From an uncultured archaeon (GTDB taxonomy: Archaea > Aenigmatarchaeota > Aenigmatarchaeia > PWEA01 > JAGHBM01): a stretch of 64,000 bases of DNA. Made by a program: the position numbers and the translations under genes. The DNA lies in contig CAZOZN010000001.1 in assembly GCA_964584335.1 (NCBI GenBank), forward strand, positions 307,882 through 371,881, given 5' to 3'. Of the stretch, positions 1 to 9,759 are shown piece after piece. The first letter of the stretch is position 1; every line of letters begins with the position of its first letter. The notes beneath the pieces are model-generated. The model made no database searches. It was not told where the DNA came from and worked only from the letters and a program-made list of their open reading frames with translations.

Positions 1-261
1 AAGAAAGAGGACCAAGGAAGTGAAAAGCATGTTCCTGTAATAGATAAATCAGAAGATGCAGTAAGGGTAAAGGTAGGTGAAGTTCCTCACCCAATGGAAG
101 AAAATCATTTCATAGAATGGATAGAAATTATAGCCGATGGAAAGGTTTATAGAGAGAGATTAGAACCTGGAGAAGAGCCTGATGCTGTGTTTTACCTAAA
201 GGCCGAAAACGTCAGAGCCAGAATTTATTGTAACGTGCATGGTTTTTGGGAATCCAAGTAA
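1..261 (+). CDS. Superoxide reductase / desulfoferrodoxin (5'-truncated by window)
   Basis: Manual frame-1 translation: EKHVP...[19 protein letters not shown]...YCNVHG, the SOR iron-site motifs; TAA at 259-261; missing from the ORF track. Confidence 0.9.
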   Translation, partial: KKEDQGSEKHVPVIDKSEDAVRVKVGEVPHPMEENHFIEWIEIIADGKVYRERLEPGEEPDAVFYLKAENVRARIYCNVHGFWESK

Positions 262-307
262 GACAGAAAAGATTTATAGAATTAATTACATATTTATTCA
301 GGTATGC

Positions 308-613
308 ATGGTTCTGTTAGAAGTTATGCTAAATTTTTTTAGAAAGCGTTTTACAACGAAGTACCCAAAATCAGAACCCAAACTTCCAAAGAATTTCAGA
401 GGACCTGTAAAGTGGAATAAAAAAACTTGTATATTTTGTGGTGCATGCGCGAGAAATTGTCCAGCCTATGCTATAAAAATAGATAAAGAAAAAAAGGAAT
501 TGGTTGTGGACCCTTACAAATGCATATCCTGCGGTATCTGTCAGGAAAAATGTCCGACCAAACCAAAGTCTATCTACCTGACGGAAAAACTTCACGTAAG
601 CAAATCTGAGTGA
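308..613 (+). CDS. 2x[4Fe-4S] ferredoxin-type subunit (NuoI/hydrogenase I-like)
   Basis: TTKYP...FRG then CIFCGACARNCP and CISCGICQEKCP; ATG at 308. Confidence 0.85.
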   Translation: MVLLEVMLNFFRKRFTTKYPKSEPKLPKNFRGPVKWNKKTCIFCGACARNCPAYAIKIDKEKKELVVDPYKCISCGICQEKCPTKPKSIYLTEKLHVSKSE

Positions 614-618
614 TTCAA

Positions 619-1068
619 ATGTTACATGAGAAATCGGCAGGAGCTGTTATTTTCAAGAAGGAAAACAATAAAATTAATTATCTTTTCTTGGAATACGAAC
701 ACAAATCAGAGTACCTGGGTTTTCCCAGAGGAGGTATAGAGGATGGGGAAAGTGAAAAACAGGCTGCAGAAAGAGAAGTAAAAGAAGAGACGGGATTGGA
801 TGTGGAATTTATAGACGGATTCAAGGAAACTGTGCACTGGTTTTACAGAAGAGACGGGGAAACAGTTAGCAAGAGGTTGGTTCTTTTTCTTGCCGAAGCA
901 AAATCCGATAGGGTTCTAATATCAAGTGAGCATGTGGGTTACAAATGGATGACTTTCGAGAAGGCTATAGATGCATTAAGTTTTGAAAACTCAAGAAAAG
1001 TACTTAGAAAGGCACAGGATTTTCTTTTCAATATAGAAAGAAATAGCTTGAGAAGGTTTTCAAAATGA
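619..1068 (+). CDS. NUDIX hydrolase (Ap4A hydrolase-like)
   Basis: EKSAGAV and Nudix box GGIEDGESEKQAAEREVKEETGL; SSEH. Confidence 0.9.
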   Translation: MLHEKSAGAVIFKKENNKINYLFLEYEHKSEYLGFPRGGIEDGESEKQAAEREVKEETGLDVEFIDGFKETVHWFYRRDGETVSKRLVLFLAEAKSDRVLISSEHVGYKWMTFEKAIDALSFENSRKVLRKAQDFLFNIERNSLRRFSK

Positions 1069-1511
1069 ATTTAATAAAAGATTTCGTAAGAGACTTGACT
1101 TCTCTGGGAAGCCTTCCTATAATATTAATCATTATAACAGGCTTTTACTTAATCGGTAGGAACCACTTGGCAAAAGGATTGATTATCTCTATCCTGGTAT
1201 CGCAATTTTTGATTTATATTATAAGAATAGTTTATTTTAGGCCAAGGCCGGGGAATAAAAAAAGGAAATATAAAAATATTTACGAGAGGCTTGATGAGTC
1301 CTCTTTTCCCAGTATACATGCGTCAAGAGCAGGCATAATACCTATGATAATTTCACAGAACCTTGGAACTTATCCAACATATTTCTTATGGGTATTGGGA
1401 CTTGGCATATGTTTTTCCAGGCTGTACCTTAAAAGGCACCACCCCACAGATGTATTTGTTGGTTTTATTCTAGGTGTTTGTATTTCTTACATAATTTTAA
1501 CGGTGATATAG
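1065..1511 (+). CDS. PAP2-family membrane phosphatase
   Basis: RPRP, SFPSIH, SRLYLKRHHPTDV motifs plus TM helices. Confidence 0.9.
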   Translation: MNLIKDFVRDLTSLGSLPIILIIITGFYLIGRNHLAKGLIISILVSQFLIYIIRIVYFRPRPGNKKRKYKNIYERLDESSFPSIHASRAGIIPMIISQNLGTYPTYFLWVLGLGICFSRLYLKRHHPTDVFVGFILGVCISYIILTVI

Positions 1512-1886
1512 ATGCCCATATTTGTTGTTCAAAAACATTATTCAAGAAGATTACACTACGATTTTAGGCTAGAGATGAACGGTGTTCTGAAAAGCTGGGC
1601 AGTTCCCAAAGGAGTTCCGACAAAAGAAGGAGTAAAAAGACTTGCAGTAATGGTCGATGACCATGACATAGAATATGCCGATTTTGAGGGTGAAATAAAG
1701 GAGGGTTACGGTAAAGGAAAAGTCGAGATTTGGGATAAAGGAACTTATGAAACAGAGAGCAACAAACAAAACAAAATAGTATTCACATTAAAAGGTAAAA
1801 AATTGAAAGGAAGATACACTATATTAAAATTTGAAAAGGCAGGAGAAAACAACTGGCTCCTTTTCAAATCCAGAGAAAAGAATTAG
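1512..1886 (+). CDS. Stand-alone LigD 3'-phosphoesterase (PE) domain protein
   Basis: FVVQKH..RRLHYDFRLE..VLKSWAVPKG..KRLAV..DH..Y..FEG..YG.G.V.IWD.GTY. Confidence 0.92.
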   Translation: MPIFVVQKHYSRRLHYDFRLEMNGVLKSWAVPKGVPTKEGVKRLAVMVDDHDIEYADFEGEIKEGYGKGKVEIWDKGTYETESNKQNKIVFTLKGKKLKGRYTILKFEKAGENNWLLFKSREKN

Positions 1887-2239
1887 TATTTTAAATCAAC
1901 TCCACCTGCTCTGGTGTTTGCATGCTTGCCTTTGGTTTTCTCAACGGGGAATCTTTTTTCATACTCCTTCATTACCTTTTTTATAGCATCTTCGGAATCT
2001 ATATCGCAAAGATAAGCTATTTTCATTATTATGTATATTACATCACCAACGAAATCTTCAGCTTCTTCCTTATTTTCTTTTATCAGTTCCATTTGTTTAT
2101 CCTCAGGAATCCACTTTATTATATTCCAAAATTCTCCTATCTCTTCGTTAATATTGAGAAGCAAATCCTTTATAGAGCGCGGCTTGCTCCAGTCCCTCTC
2201 ATCATTGAATTTCTTTATATTTTCTTGAATTTTCTTCAA
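1883..2239 (-). CDS. MazG-like nucleotide pyrophosphohydrolase
   Basis: F..ERDW, EEIGE, E..GD, KRFPVEK pattern. Confidence 0.75.
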   Translation of the reverse strand: MKKIQENIKKFNDERDWSKPRSIKDLLLNINEEIGEFWNIIKWIPEDKQMELIKENKEEAEDFVGDVIYIIMKIAYLCDIDSEDAIKKVMKEYEKRFPVEKTKGKHANTRAGGVDLKY

Positions 2240-2243
2240 AAAA

Positions 2244-2669
2244 TCACACCTCCATTATATCTAAAATTTTTCTAACCGCCTTTTCCGAAGCATCCAAGAT
2301 ATGCCTGGTAGGCTTATCACCAAAAGATATGTTCTTCGGCTGAACAGCCAGAAAATAAACTTCACTTGCACCCAAACTATCTATTATTACAGAAAGAGGC
2401 ATCTTGTGCGTGCTTGTAGCATTTCTTGATATGTCACTCGTTTCAATCATTTCTATCACACCTGCTTCTTTGCCCAAAAAAGCAGTATCGATAACAAAAA
2501 GCTTGCTAATTTTATTCTTGATTTTACCTACGAAGTTTTCCGGATTGCTTCCTGACCAGAAAACTATATTTTTTTTATCCGGTATTTTATCCTTTAATTT
2601 CTTGACAACAATAGGACCGAAAGCATCATCACCCATCATCTCATTTCCAATTCCCATTACAAGCATCAT
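2244..2669 (-). CDS. hycI: Hydrogenase maturation endopeptidase (HycI-like)
   Basis: GIGNEMMGDDAFG, PEN, IDTA, STHKMPL, VQPKN. Confidence 0.88.
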   Translation of the reverse strand: MMLVMGIGNEMMGDDAFGPIVVKKLKDKIPDKKNIVFWSGSNPENFVGKIKNKISKLFVIDTAFLGKEAGVIEMIETSDISRNATSTHKMPLSVIIDSLGASEVYFLAVQPKNISFGDKPTRHILDASEKAVRKILDIMEV

Positions 2670-2699
2670 GTATTTAAATTATCTTGGTAAAATAAAAAC

Positions 2700-2861
2700 A
2701 TGAACGTGGAAGAAGGTACTCTTTGTGAAGTTTGCGGTAATAAAGGAAAAGTAAAGATAGGCAGAAAGAGGGTTAAGGAAGTTAAGCTGGATCCAAACTG
2801 TGATTATGAAGAAGGTGATACAGTCAAAATACTAATGGGTCTTGTTCTTCATAAAGTCTGA
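2700..2861 (+). CDS. HypC/HupF-like small OB-fold protein lacking the N-terminal Cys
   Basis: Manual translation MNVEEGTLCEVCGNKGKVKIGRKRVKEVKLDPNCDYEEGDTVKILMGLVLHKV (53 aa); TATA at ~2673; not in the ORF track. Confidence 0.55.
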   Translation: MNVEEGTLCEVCGNKGKVKIGRKRVKEVKLDPNCDYEEGDTVKILMGLVLHKV

Positions 2862-2905
2862 CATTTGTCGGCTTTGATGCTTTTTGATTTTTAAGGTGAC
2901 TGCAA

Positions 2906-3307
2906 ATGAGTATAAACAAGAAATTATTAAGATATTCTTACCCCTGCGCAGAAATATTGTACAAGACAGGTAAACTAGAAAAGGATGAACTGGAACTGTA
3001 CAGGGATGCTATAAAGGGAGGTAAGGAATTTCCCGTTGAAAAATATAAAGATAAATTCAGCAAGGTCTCGGAGTTTATTGACCCGGAAAATACAAGCGAT
3101 GATAAAGTTGTCGAATATTTCTTTGGAAAACACAACAGAGAAAAGCACGAATTTTGTCACGTTGTAAAAAGTAAAGTAGCCAAGGAAGAAGGTGAAAATG
3201 TTTTTCTGAGCTCAATTGAAGAGCCCGTAGAATACATTACTGAAAAACCAAAGAAAGGTGATGTTGTTGTTCTCCATTTGGGTAAAATAGTAGATATAAT
3301 TAAATAA
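2906..3307 (+). CDS. Hydrogenase-cluster-associated protein (DUF6390-like) with HypC-like C-terminus
   Basis: N-terminal RYSYPC, H..C.V, C-terminal KKGDVVVLHLGKIVD; SD aaggtga. Confidence 0.5.
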   Translation: MSINKKLLRYSYPCAEILYKTGKLEKDELELYRDAIKGGKEFPVEKYKDKFSKVSEFIDPENTSDDKVVEYFFGKHNREKHEFCHVVKSKVAKEEGENVFLSSIEEPVEYITEKPKKGDVVVLHLGKIVDIIK

Positions 3308-3371
3308 TCGACAAAAACCGATATAATCTTTAAATAGTGATAATTGGCATCTTTCTATTTAGGTGAAAAAA

Positions 3372-3647
3372 ATGGTAGTAGAATCTATGCTATACTTAGG
3401 GATAGCATGTATGTTAGTTCCAGTGTTTGCGGAATATGCAAAAATAAGAAAAAACGCAGAAAAAGCATTCAACTGGATAGCTGTTGCAGGAGTTTCTTTT
3501 ATACTCTCAGCGGCTTTTGGGATAGCTTTATGGACAACATATATACCGCAACTAGCAACCTACGGAGCAATGGTATTTCAATTTGTTGGTTGGATTTTTG
3601 TTCTAGTCGGTGCACTATTGGCCATAACAACCATGATTAAGAAATAA
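3372..3647 (+). CDS. Small 3-TM membrane protein
   Basis: Hydrophobic ORF; SD aggtga upstream of ATG 3372; T-rich tract after stop. Confidence 0.75.
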   Translation: MVVESMLYLGIACMLVPVFAEYAKIRKNAEKAFNWIAVAGVSFILSAAFGIALWTTYIPQLATYGAMVFQFVGWIFVLVGALLAITTMIKK

Positions 3648-3687
3648 AATCCCAATTCTTTTTTATTTTATAAGATAAATAATAATT

Positions 3688-4803
3688 ATGAACCATTTAT
3701 TCAGTTTTTTCAAGAACCTGGAAAAAGTAGATATGGATATGAAAAAAATTTTTGCTTTTATGGTTGCATTCTCTTTGATGAACTTACTTTTACAGACCAC
3801 TTTTTATGGTCTTAAATTTACCAGTTTTTTCCTGGTTAAATTAGCCAACTCACTTACTTTCTATCTTTATATGTTCTTTGTTACATTTCTCATGATATCT
3901 TTCTTTGCAAGAGAAGAGATGAAAATGTCTTTAAAGGTTACTTGTGTTATGTTTTCTTTCTTGATATCTTTTTCCTTTATAGATTTTTTTCTGTTTGGTG
4001 GTGTCTCATACAACTTTTTCAGATTAGAAATGTTTTTTGACAATTTGTTTACATTCTACGGCTACGGTAGCAGGATAGGAATAGGAGGACTGTTGCAATT
4101 ATTTGTGCTGCCTGTCATTATAGGGTCTTTTACTTACTACAAAAGAAAGGATTTTCTGTTTTCGGTTTTTTCGGCGATGATTTTTTTCATTATCTTTAAT
4201 TTTTCATTGACAGATGTAGCAGCAAGAACAATAGACCTGCTGGGCGGAATAAATTATTATTCGATGACAGGGAACCAGGCAATAATATGGTACATACAAT
4301 CAAATATTTTATATTCATCTGTTTCACTTTTCCTTGCAGTTTTGATAGGATGGAGAATGAGAATATTTAAGAAAACCAAAATAAAGGACAACATAAATTC
4401 TGTAATAATAACATTTTCTCTTATACTTCTTGGCGGTCTCCTCTCAGAATCCTTCAACTTCACATTACTGTTTCCCGCCCTTCTTTCTGTTTTCTTTTCA
4501 ATAGAATTTTCAATGCTATCGGATAGGTTATACAAAAGCAATACGAGAAAAAATATATTCTATCCCAACAAAAAGAAATGGAAAGAAAATAAAATATTTG
4601 TTTTCACTACTTTATTTTATGCACTGCTTTTTGGTTTTATACTTAACCTAAGGGTTTTCTTTCTTGTATTCTGTTTTCTATTGGCAAGTTATATTTACTC
4701 GATAAACGAGTACAGAGTAAAGAATCCTTATATTAAAGTATGGCTCATATTGGTATTGTTTTCAATGGCTTTTTCAATAGGTTATTTTTCACAGACTTTT
4801 TAA
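3688..4803 (+). CDS. Polytopic membrane protein, unknown function
   Basis: 371-aa ORF with about 10 hydrophobic segments. Confidence 0.7.
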   Translation: MNHLFSFFKNLEKVDMDMKKIFAFMVAFSLMNLLLQTTFYGLKFTSFFLVKLANSLTFYLYMFFVTFLMISFFAREEMKMSLKVTCVMFSFLISFSFIDFFLFGGVSYNFFRLEMFFDNLFTFYGYGSRIGIGGLLQLFVLPVIIGSFTYYKRKDFLFSVFSAMIFFIIFNFSLTDVAARTIDLLGGINYYSMTGNQAIIWYIQSNILYSSVSLFLAVLIGWRMRIFKKTKIKDNINSVIITFSLILLGGLLSESFNFTLLFPALLSVFFSIEFSMLSDRLYKSNTRKNIFYPNKKKWKENKIFVFTTLFYALLFGFILNLRVFFLVFCFLLASYIYSINEYRVKNPYIKVWLILVLFSMAFSIGYFSQTF

Positions 4804-4822
4804 TCCACCAAAATAAAGAAAA

Positions 4823-5011
4823 TTATTTTATTTTCATTTTAACTGTGGTTCTATTTATTTTACCACATTTCTTACAGAATATCTCAACAATCTGATTTCT
4901 TTCCTTTCCCCTCAGGTCACGTGCATTCAAAGTAGGTATTAGCATTTCTGTTCTGGTCTCGGTAGAACCACACCTTTTGCAGCATCCCAAATCATCGAAA
5001 ATTAGCATCAT
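4823..5011 (-). CDS. Small zinc-ribbon protein
   Basis: CKRCG...CKKCG; SD gtgggg upstream. Confidence 0.65.
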   Translation of the reverse strand: MMLIFDDLGCCKRCGSTETRTEMLIPTLNARDLRGKERNQIVEIFCKKCGKINRTTVKMKIK

Positions 5012-5121
5012 TTTTATTCCCCCACTGGTTAAACAGTGTTACAATTTTTGTTTTTTGATGTATTTAAACATTAAAAGCCCTTATAACGCTTGTATCATCT
5101 ATTTTAAGCGATTTAATCTCT

Positions 5122-6264
5122 TCAAATAAAACCAACAAGGAAATTAGTTATTATAAGAGATAAAAATATAGCGGCCAGTGCTCTGACTGCGAACCTTCTT
5201 TTTTTAGGGGCGAACCTCTCAAAAAGAGAGTCGACCATAAGACCGCCATCAAGGGGTTTTATGGGAAATATATTGACAAGACCCACGCCAAGGTTTATTA
5301 TGAATATCCACTCAAACATCTCTATTATAAATTGCAATACGCCTTCAAATGATGTGTTTTTATATCTCTTACTTATAACGCGCCTGTCACCGACTCCTGA
5401 AATACCTATAAATCCTTTTTCCGAGTCGGTGGGGTTTTCTGCCAAAGTAATATTGTAAGAATCAGAAATAGTTTCTATTAATACATTGTCTCCGGGTTTC
5501 CTATTCTCCATAAATTCGTTGAGTTCAGCGGCATTTCTTATTCTTTGCCCGTCTATCGAAACTATAACACCGGTCATGTTTGATTCCTGCGCCGGGTAAG
5601 GCTCTTCGCCGAAGTAAGTGGAATTAGTATAACCTACGTAACCTACAGATTCGGTAAGAAAGGCTGGAGATAAAACAAAAAACATAAACAGAGATACAAG
5701 ACCAGCAACAATAAAATTCGAAAATGAACCTCCGGCATATATCCTTAGCTTGGTCTTCCAGTTAGCTTTCTTTAACTGTTTTTCATCAGGTTCGACAAAA
5801 GCACCGGGTATTATTGCTAGAAGCATTAGTCCCAGATTCTTTATTCTTATGTTTTCCGCTCTTGAAAGTATTCCGTGCATTCCCTCATGTGGAAGAACAA
5901 GAGAAAAAACGCCTATTATGAAAAACCAGAAAGGTACTCCAACATAACCGTATCCTATTGTAGTATCTTGGGTTGGAAAAGGAATTACCAAAGATATTCC
6001 TGGTCCTCCCGTAGGAGCTCTTATGCTGCTAACAAGAAAATGCAAACCAAATACCATAGCAAAAAAACAGACAACAACTCCTATCGAACCGAATATTTTC
6101 CAGAATTTAGGAGAAGCTTTGGCTATATTATCGATGAATTTTCTTCCCTTCTTAGTCTTTCTCATTATCAATATTCCTTTTATCTCTATGTTTTTCCTGT
6201 CCCTGTAGAGCACTAAAGCAAAGAAAACCATGAAAACTAGAATAGAAAGGACATACAAATCCAT
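5122..6264 (-). CDS. Site-2 protease (M50) with PDZ domain
   Basis: HEGMH, GAFVEPD, NIFPIKPLDGG; PDZ-like insert. Confidence 0.93.
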   Translation of the reverse strand: MDLYVLSILVFMVFFALVLYRDRKNIEIKGILIMRKTKKGRKFIDNIAKASPKFWKIFGSIGVVVCFFAMVFGLHFLVSSIRAPTGGPGISLVIPFPTQDTTIGYGYVGVPFWFFIIGVFSLVLPHEGMHGILSRAENIRIKNLGLMLLAIIPGAFVEPDEKQLKKANWKTKLRIYAGGSFSNFIVAGLVSLFMFFVLSPAFLTESVGYVGYTNSTYFGEEPYPAQESNMTGVIVSIDGQRIRNAAELNEFMENRKPGDNVLIETISDSYNITLAENPTDSEKGFIGISGVGDRRVISKRYKNTSFEGVLQFIIEMFEWIFIINLGVGLVNIFPIKPLDGGLMVDSLFERFAPKKRRFAVRALAAIFLSLIITNFLVGFI

Positions 6265-6313
6265 CAAAACACCATGCCAAAGATTTATTAAAGTTTATAT
6301 AAATAGTTAAATT

Positions 6314-7885
6314 ATGCATTGGTCTGACGGTGTAGCAAAAAGGATAATTGCAAATTGTGGTGAAAAAGAAGAATATGTAATAGAGGGTGGAATAGCTCCA
6401 TCAGCAAGAAAACATATAGGAAGCTTTAGAGAAATAGTAACAGGCTTCTTCATTAAAAAGTCACTTGAAAAAATGGGGAAAAGGGTAAGATTTATTTATT
6501 CTTGGGATTCCTTTGACAGGCTAAAGAAAGTTTCAGCATCAATACCAAAAGACAAGAGAAAAGAACTGGAAAAATATATTGGAGTTCCGCAGGAACTTAT
6601 ACCTGACCCCTTTGGCTGTCATAATAACTATGCAGAACATTTCCAGGAGTTTGTAGAGAAAGAGGCAGAAGATATAGGTGTCAAGCCTGAATTTATCTAC
6701 GAAGGAAAGGAATTTATGAATTGCACTTACTGGAAACTAATAAAAAAAGTCATGCAGGAAAAGGAAAAAATAAGAAATATTCTAAACAAGTATCGTGATC
6801 ATCCTATAGAAGAAGACTGGTGGCCTGTTAGCGTATACTGTGAAAAATGTAAAAACGGAGACAACACAAAAATACTAAATTACGACGGTGAAAGCACTAT
6901 AAATTATGAGTGCGAATGTGGATATAAAGGAGAGATGGATTTCAGTAAAATTGGAATGGTAAAGCCTACATGGAGAGTTGATTGGGCAATGAGATGGGTT
7001 CATTATAAGGTGGACTTTGAACCTAGCGGAAAAGACCATATGGTGGCAGGCAGTTCTTACGAGACAAGCTCAGAAATAGTAAGGGAAGTTTTTGGCATAG
7101 AGCCTCCACTCGCAATAATGTATGAATTTGTAGGAAAGAAAGGAGACGAAGGAAAAATGTCAGCTTCTGTTGGTAATATAGTAACAGCAACAGACGTAAT
7201 GGAAATATACCCCAATGAAATAATAAAATACTTCTTTGCTGGAACAAAACCGAAGAAACTGTTCAAGATACCATTTGACGAAGAAGTTCTGAAGGTTTAT
7301 GAGGATTTTTACAAATGTGAAAGAATATATTTTGGAAAAGAAGACGTCAGTGAAAGAGACAAAGAACACTGGAAGAGAGTATACGAACTTTCTGTTGAAG
7401 AAAAAACAAAAGAAATTCCGGTTCAAATACCTTTTTCATTAATTTCATTAATAGCACAGCTTTATGATAATATCAATGAGATAGAGAATGTTTTAAAAGA
7501 TATGGGCCATATAGAAAAAGAGCTTTCTGAATATGATAAAAAAAGAATAGAAGTGCTTATGAAAAAATCCAAAAAATGGGTAAAGGATTACGCACCAAAC
7601 AATTACCTGATAAAAGTCAACAAAGATTTACCGGAAAGCCTAGAAATAAAAGAAGAACAAAAGGAAGGACTAATCAAATTAAAAAAAGAGCTTGATAAAG
7701 ATTTGAATGCAGAGGATTTACAAAAAAGAATTTATGAAATAGGAAAAGAGATGGGAGACGTTGGAGGATTCTTCAAGGCAATCTATAAAGTTCTTATAGG
7801 AAAGAAAGCAGGTCCGAAAGCAGGGCCTTTTATAATAACCATAGGAAAAGACAAGGTAAGGAAAATTCTTGAGCAGTTAGAATAA
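6314..7885 (+). CDS. lysS: Lysine--tRNA ligase, class I
   Basis: MHWSD, PS...HIG, WRVDWAMRW, EPSGKDH, KMSAS, GPKAG. Confidence 0.96.
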   Translation: MHWSDGVAKRIIANCGEKEEYVIEGGIAPSARKHIGSFREIVTGFFIKKSLEKMGKRVRFIYSWDSFDRLKKVSASIPKDKRKELEKYIGVPQELIPDPFGCHNNYAEHFQEFVEKEAEDIGVKPEFIYEGKEFMNCTYWKLIKKVMQEKEKIRNILNKYRDHPIEEDWWPVSVYCEKCKNGDNTKILNYDGESTINYECECGYKGEMDFSKIGMVKPTWRVDWAMRWVHYKVDFEPSGKDHMVAGSSYETSSEIVREVFGIEPPLAIMYEFVGKKGDEGKMSASVGNIVTATDVMEIYPNEIIKYFFAGTKPKKLFKIPFDEEVLKVYEDFYKCERIYFGKEDVSERDKEHWKRVYELSVEEKTKEIPVQIPFSLISLIAQLYDNINEIENVLKDMGHIEKELSEYDKKRIEVLMKKSKKWVKDYAPNNYLIKVNKDLPESLEIKEEQKEGLIKLKKELDKDLNAEDLQKRIYEIGKEMGDVGGFFKAIYKVLIGKKAGPKAGPFIITIGKDKVRKILEQLE

Positions 7886-9328
7886 GGAGTTTGTCATTAT
7901 CTTCGGTTTCTTTATTTTCATCAATTTCAGCACAGTTGGTGCTATGTTTGACAGGCCGCATTTTTCTTTCAGTTTCTTTCCTTTCAGTTCCCCGTCAACT
8001 ATTACAAAGGGCACTTTGTTTAGAGTGTGCGCAGTATTGAAATCAGTGCCCTTCCTCATGTCTTCAAAATTGCCATGGTCTGCCGTTATAATGACAGTAT
8101 ATTCTTTCGCGACCTCAACTATTCTACCAAGACAAAAGTCAACTACCTCAGCAGCTTTTTTTGCTGCTTTTATTACGCCTGTGTGGCCGACCATGTCGCC
8201 GTTTGCAAAATTCAGGAGTATAAACCCGTAATCCTTTTTTATTTCTTTAAGCAGGGCTTCCGTAACACCGTATGCACTCATTTCTGGCTTGAAATCGTAT
8301 GTGGGTACCTTGGGGGAAGGTATTATAATCCTTCTCTCTTTTCTAAAGGGTTTTTCTCTTTGACCGCTAAAGAAATAAGTCACATGAGGACCCTTTTCAC
8401 TCTCCGATATCCTTAACTGTCTCAATCCTTTTTTGCTAACCGTTTCTCCAAGAGAATTTTTTACAAAATCTGGCTCGAAAAGCACCTTTGTTCTTAATGA
8501 TTTTGAATACTGTGTCATTGTAACAATGTTTTTTGTTTTTTTCAATAACATCTTTATAATCTGCCTCATCCTGTCAGGCCTGAAATTAAACGAAAAAACA
8601 AAGTCATCTTTTTTAAGTCCCTCATAACCTTTCATGACAACAGGCTTTACAAATTCATCATTTTTGCCCTCCTTATAGGAACCCTTAAGTGCCTTTATCG
8701 GGTCTTCGTATTTCTTTCCCTTGGCCTTTACTATTGCATCGTAAGCCCTTCCAGTTCTGTGCCAGCGCAGGTCACGGTCCATGGAATAATATCTACCGGA
8801 AACGGTAGCTATGCTGCCGACAGTTCCATTAATCCTCTTCTTCAGCAAATTCAAATATTTGGAAGCGCTTTTCGGGGGCGTGTCTCTTCCATCCAGAAAA
8901 CAGTGTATTTTAACATCCTTGATTCCCATTTTTTCTGCCTTCTTCAGAAAGAAAAAAAGATGTTTTATATCCGAGTGAACACCGGCATCTGATAGAAGTC
9001 CCATGACATGAAGAGTTTTTCCTTTGGCGCACTTAGAAAAATATTTTTTCATTTTGCCCTCAAAAACACCATTTTCAATACTTTCGTTTATCTGAGTTAG
9101 TTTTTGTTTTACTATTCTGCCCGCTCCGATATGCAGATGACCGACCTCACTTCCTCCGAGAGTATTCTTTGGAAGGCCCACTGCTTCCCCCGATGCCTTG
9201 AGGGTGGTGTGGGGGAAGTTTTTCCAAAAATAATCAAAATTCGGCGTCTTTGCAAGTTTAACGGCATTTCCTTTTCTTTCTCTTCTTATTCCCCAGCCAT
9301 CTAGAATTATGAGCAAGACTTTCTTCAT
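7877..9328 (-). CDS. gpmI: 2,3-BPG-independent phosphoglycerate mutase (bacterial-type)
   Basis: ILDGWG, SEVGH, GVHS, DGRD, GRYYSMDRD, NFRPDR, DMVGHTG, TADHGN. Confidence 0.95.
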   Translation of the reverse strand: MKKVLLIILDGWGIRRERKGNAVKLAKTPNFDYFWKNFPHTTLKASGEAVGLPKNTLGGSEVGHLHIGAGRIVKQKLTQINESIENGVFEGKMKKYFSKCAKGKTLHVMGLLSDAGVHSDIKHLFFFLKKAEKMGIKDVKIHCFLDGRDTPPKSASKYLNLLKKRINGTVGSIATVSGRYYSMDRDLRWHRTGRAYDAIVKAKGKKYEDPIKALKGSYKEGKNDEFVKPVVMKGYEGLKKDDFVFSFNFRPDRMRQIIKMLLKKTKNIVTMTQYSKSLRTKVLFEPDFVKNSLGETVSKKGLRQLRISESEKGPHVTYFFSGQREKPFRKERRIIIPSPKVPTYDFKPEMSAYGVTEALLKEIKKDYGFILLNFANGDMVGHTGVIKAAKKAAEVVDFCLGRIVEVAKEYTVIITADHGNFEDMRKGTDFNTAHTLNKVPFVIVDGELKGKKLKEKCGLSNIAPTVLKLMKIKKPKIMTNSLF

Positions 9329-9393
9329 GATAATTTTTTGTCGCACTTAAATAAAAAATTCATACTTAAATAATTAAAATTTAAAGAATAGCC

Positions 9394-9759
9394 ATGATTG
9401 GGAAATACGAAGAAAAGATTTTGTCAATAATAGATAAAGACAGAAACGGAGAAAAATTAAGTTTTTATTCCTCTTTGGTGGACCTTTTTGAAGAAGCAGA
9501 GAAAGACGGTATACTTATATTCGGATTCAAATATGATGGTAAAAAAGAAACAGACTTAGAAGATATGAGAAAGGACGCTTACAAAGAAATGTCCGATTTT
9601 TACCTTAGAGATGCTTTCAGGGGGATGTATAGTGACATTCCAAAGAAAGAAGTGGGTGACTGTTTTAAAAAAGGTGTAAAGTACGCTGAAAAAGCAGGAG
9701 AAAAAGACAAAAGAAAGGTAAAAGCTGCAAAAAAGATAATGAGTTATTATACAGATTAA
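9394..9759 (+). CDS. Hypothetical protein
   Basis: 121-aa ORF with TATA-like element upstream. Confidence 0.6.
   Translation: MIGKYEEKILSIIDKDRNGEKLSFYSSLVDLFEEAEKDGILIFGFKYDGKKETDLEDMRKDAYKEMSDFYLRDAFRGMYSDIPKKEVGDCFKKGVKYAEKAGEKDKRKVKAAKKIMSYYTD

Noticed and set aside
2864-3315. Inverted 7-mers TTTGTCG/CGACAAA flanking the DUF6390-like gene (also at 9337 and 59515)
   Set aside because: Too short to support a mobile element or operator; no target-site duplication or transposase
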